Notes under the pieces: generated by a model
Databases searched by the model: none
Seen by the model: the letters and a program-made list of their open reading frames with translations, nothing else
Told to the model about the DNA's origin: nothing
Made by a program: the position numbers and the translations under genes
In this document: piece after piece, positions 63,091-64,000 of the stretch
Layout: each line of letters begins with the position of its first letter
Position numbering within the stretch: the first letter of the stretch is position 1
Assembly (NCBI GenBank): GCA_039934375.1
Contig: JBDTMH010000001.1
Coordinates: 6,648 to 70,647 of the forward strand
Reading direction: 5' to 3'
DNA length: 64,000 bases
Source of the DNA: Burkholderiaceae bacterium
GTDB taxonomy: Bacteria > Pseudomonadota > Gammaproteobacteria > Burkholderiales > Burkholderiaceae_C

Positions 63091-63780
63091 ATGGATTTGC
63101 GTGCCCGCATACTGGTGGTCGAGGATGAGACCGACATCCGTCGCTTCGTTCGCATGACGCTGGAATCGGAAGGATACGAGGTGTTCGAGGCGGCAACGCT
63201 GCAGCGCGGTCTGATCGATGCGGGTAGCCGGCGTCCGGACCTTGCCATCATCGACCTTGGCCTGCCGGACGGCGACGGCGTCGGCCTGATCCGTGAACTC
63301 AGGGCTTGGTCGGCGGCGTCCGTGATTGTTTTGTCGGCACGCAGCGGCGAAACCGACAAGATCGGTGCACTGGACGCCGGTGCCGATGATTACCTGGTAA
63401 AGCCCTTCGGCGCCGGCGAGCTGCTGGCCCGCGTGCGGGCGCAGTTGCGGCGCCAGACCCTGACGACTCCGTCGGCAGATCCGGTGCTTCGATTCGGGCC
63501 TGTGACCGTTGACCTCACCCGCCGGGCGGTCGAGCGCAATGGTGAACCGGTGCACTTGACCCCTATTGAATACCGTCTGCTGACGCACCTGGCGTCCCAG
63601 CCCGACCGGGTGGTCACGCACCAGCAGCTGCTCAAGGCCGTTTGGGGTCCGGGGCATGCCGAGGACACCCACTACGTGCGTGTTCATATGGCAAACCTGC
63701 GCAAAAAGATTGAGGATGCGCCATCCATGCCGAAACATCTGCTGACCGAAGCCGGGATTGGATACCGGTTCAGGTACTGA
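63091..63780 (+). CDS. kdpE: Response regulator KdpE
   Basis: DLGLPD, GADDYL, LTPIEY, VWG...HYVRVHMANLRKK. Confidence 0.95.
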   Translation: MDLRARILVVEDETDIRRFVRMTLESEGYEVFEAATLQRGLIDAGSRRPDLAIIDLGLPDGDGVGLIRELRAWSAASVIVLSARSGETDKIGALDAGADDYLVKPFGAGELLARVRAQLRRQTLTTPSADPVLRFGPVTVDLTRRAVERNGEPVHLTPIEYRLLTHLASQPDRVVTHQQLLKAVWGPGHAEDTHYVRVHMANLRKKIEDAPSMPKHLLTEAGIGYRFRY

Positions 63781-63973
63781 TGCTTTCGAGGTATTCCAGC
63801 CGACGGATACGCGGCCATGCTGTTGATCGCAACTGCGGATACGATTTCACCCGCTCGGCACCGTGGCGACCGATCGCGCATGCGCGCCACTACAGTCATG
63901 CAGAAACTTGTCGAAGTTGGTTAACTTCGTTCGTCGTCCTGGTTCACGTAACTCTCATTTCAGGAGGTTGAAT

Positions 63974-64000
63974 ATGGTCAGCAAGAACACGATCTGTCTC
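63974..64000 (+). CDS. Start of a gene truncated by the window edge
   Basis: AGGAGG RBS then ATG, MVSKNTICL... Confidence 0.5.

Overview
High-GC bacterial chromosomal segment. Gene content (betaproteobacterial-type gshA, gshA-kup...gshB order, UvrA inserts) suggests Burkholderiales/Comamonadaceae; this is an inference. Left to right: partial M19 dipeptidase plus a dpp/ddp-type peptide ABC operon; a sphingosine-1-phosphate-lyase-like PLP enzyme with an MFS; a biotinyl-carboxyltransferase fusion, class V aminotransferase and LON-N protein; a complete ccmABCDEFGHI operon; LysR; a SPOR protein; a small Cys-rich secreted protein; a 3'-5' exonuclease; uvrA; a relBE-type TA pair; MFS and AKR; gshA, kup, benE, gshB, yafJ; MFS and tautomerase genes; a five-gene signalling cassette (two orphan substrate-binding proteins, Cache-HAMP-2xGAF kinase, DivK-like receiver, PleD-like receiver fused to a class III cyclase); MATE, esterase, EVE, yghU; and an ion/metal block (Crp, His-tailed EamA, chrA, kdpFABCDE). 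No rRNA, tRNA, CRISPR array, transposase or integrase was seen. Two things stand out. (1) Short inserts at operon stop/start junctions, flanked by duplicated ATGA, each forming a mini-ORF that overlaps the upstream stop and the downstream start and so could relay translational coupling (three exact cases, one near-exact). (2) The DivK/PleD-like cassette with a nucleotide-cyclase output with atypical specificity residues. All family calls come from motif recognition by eye; no database searches were run.
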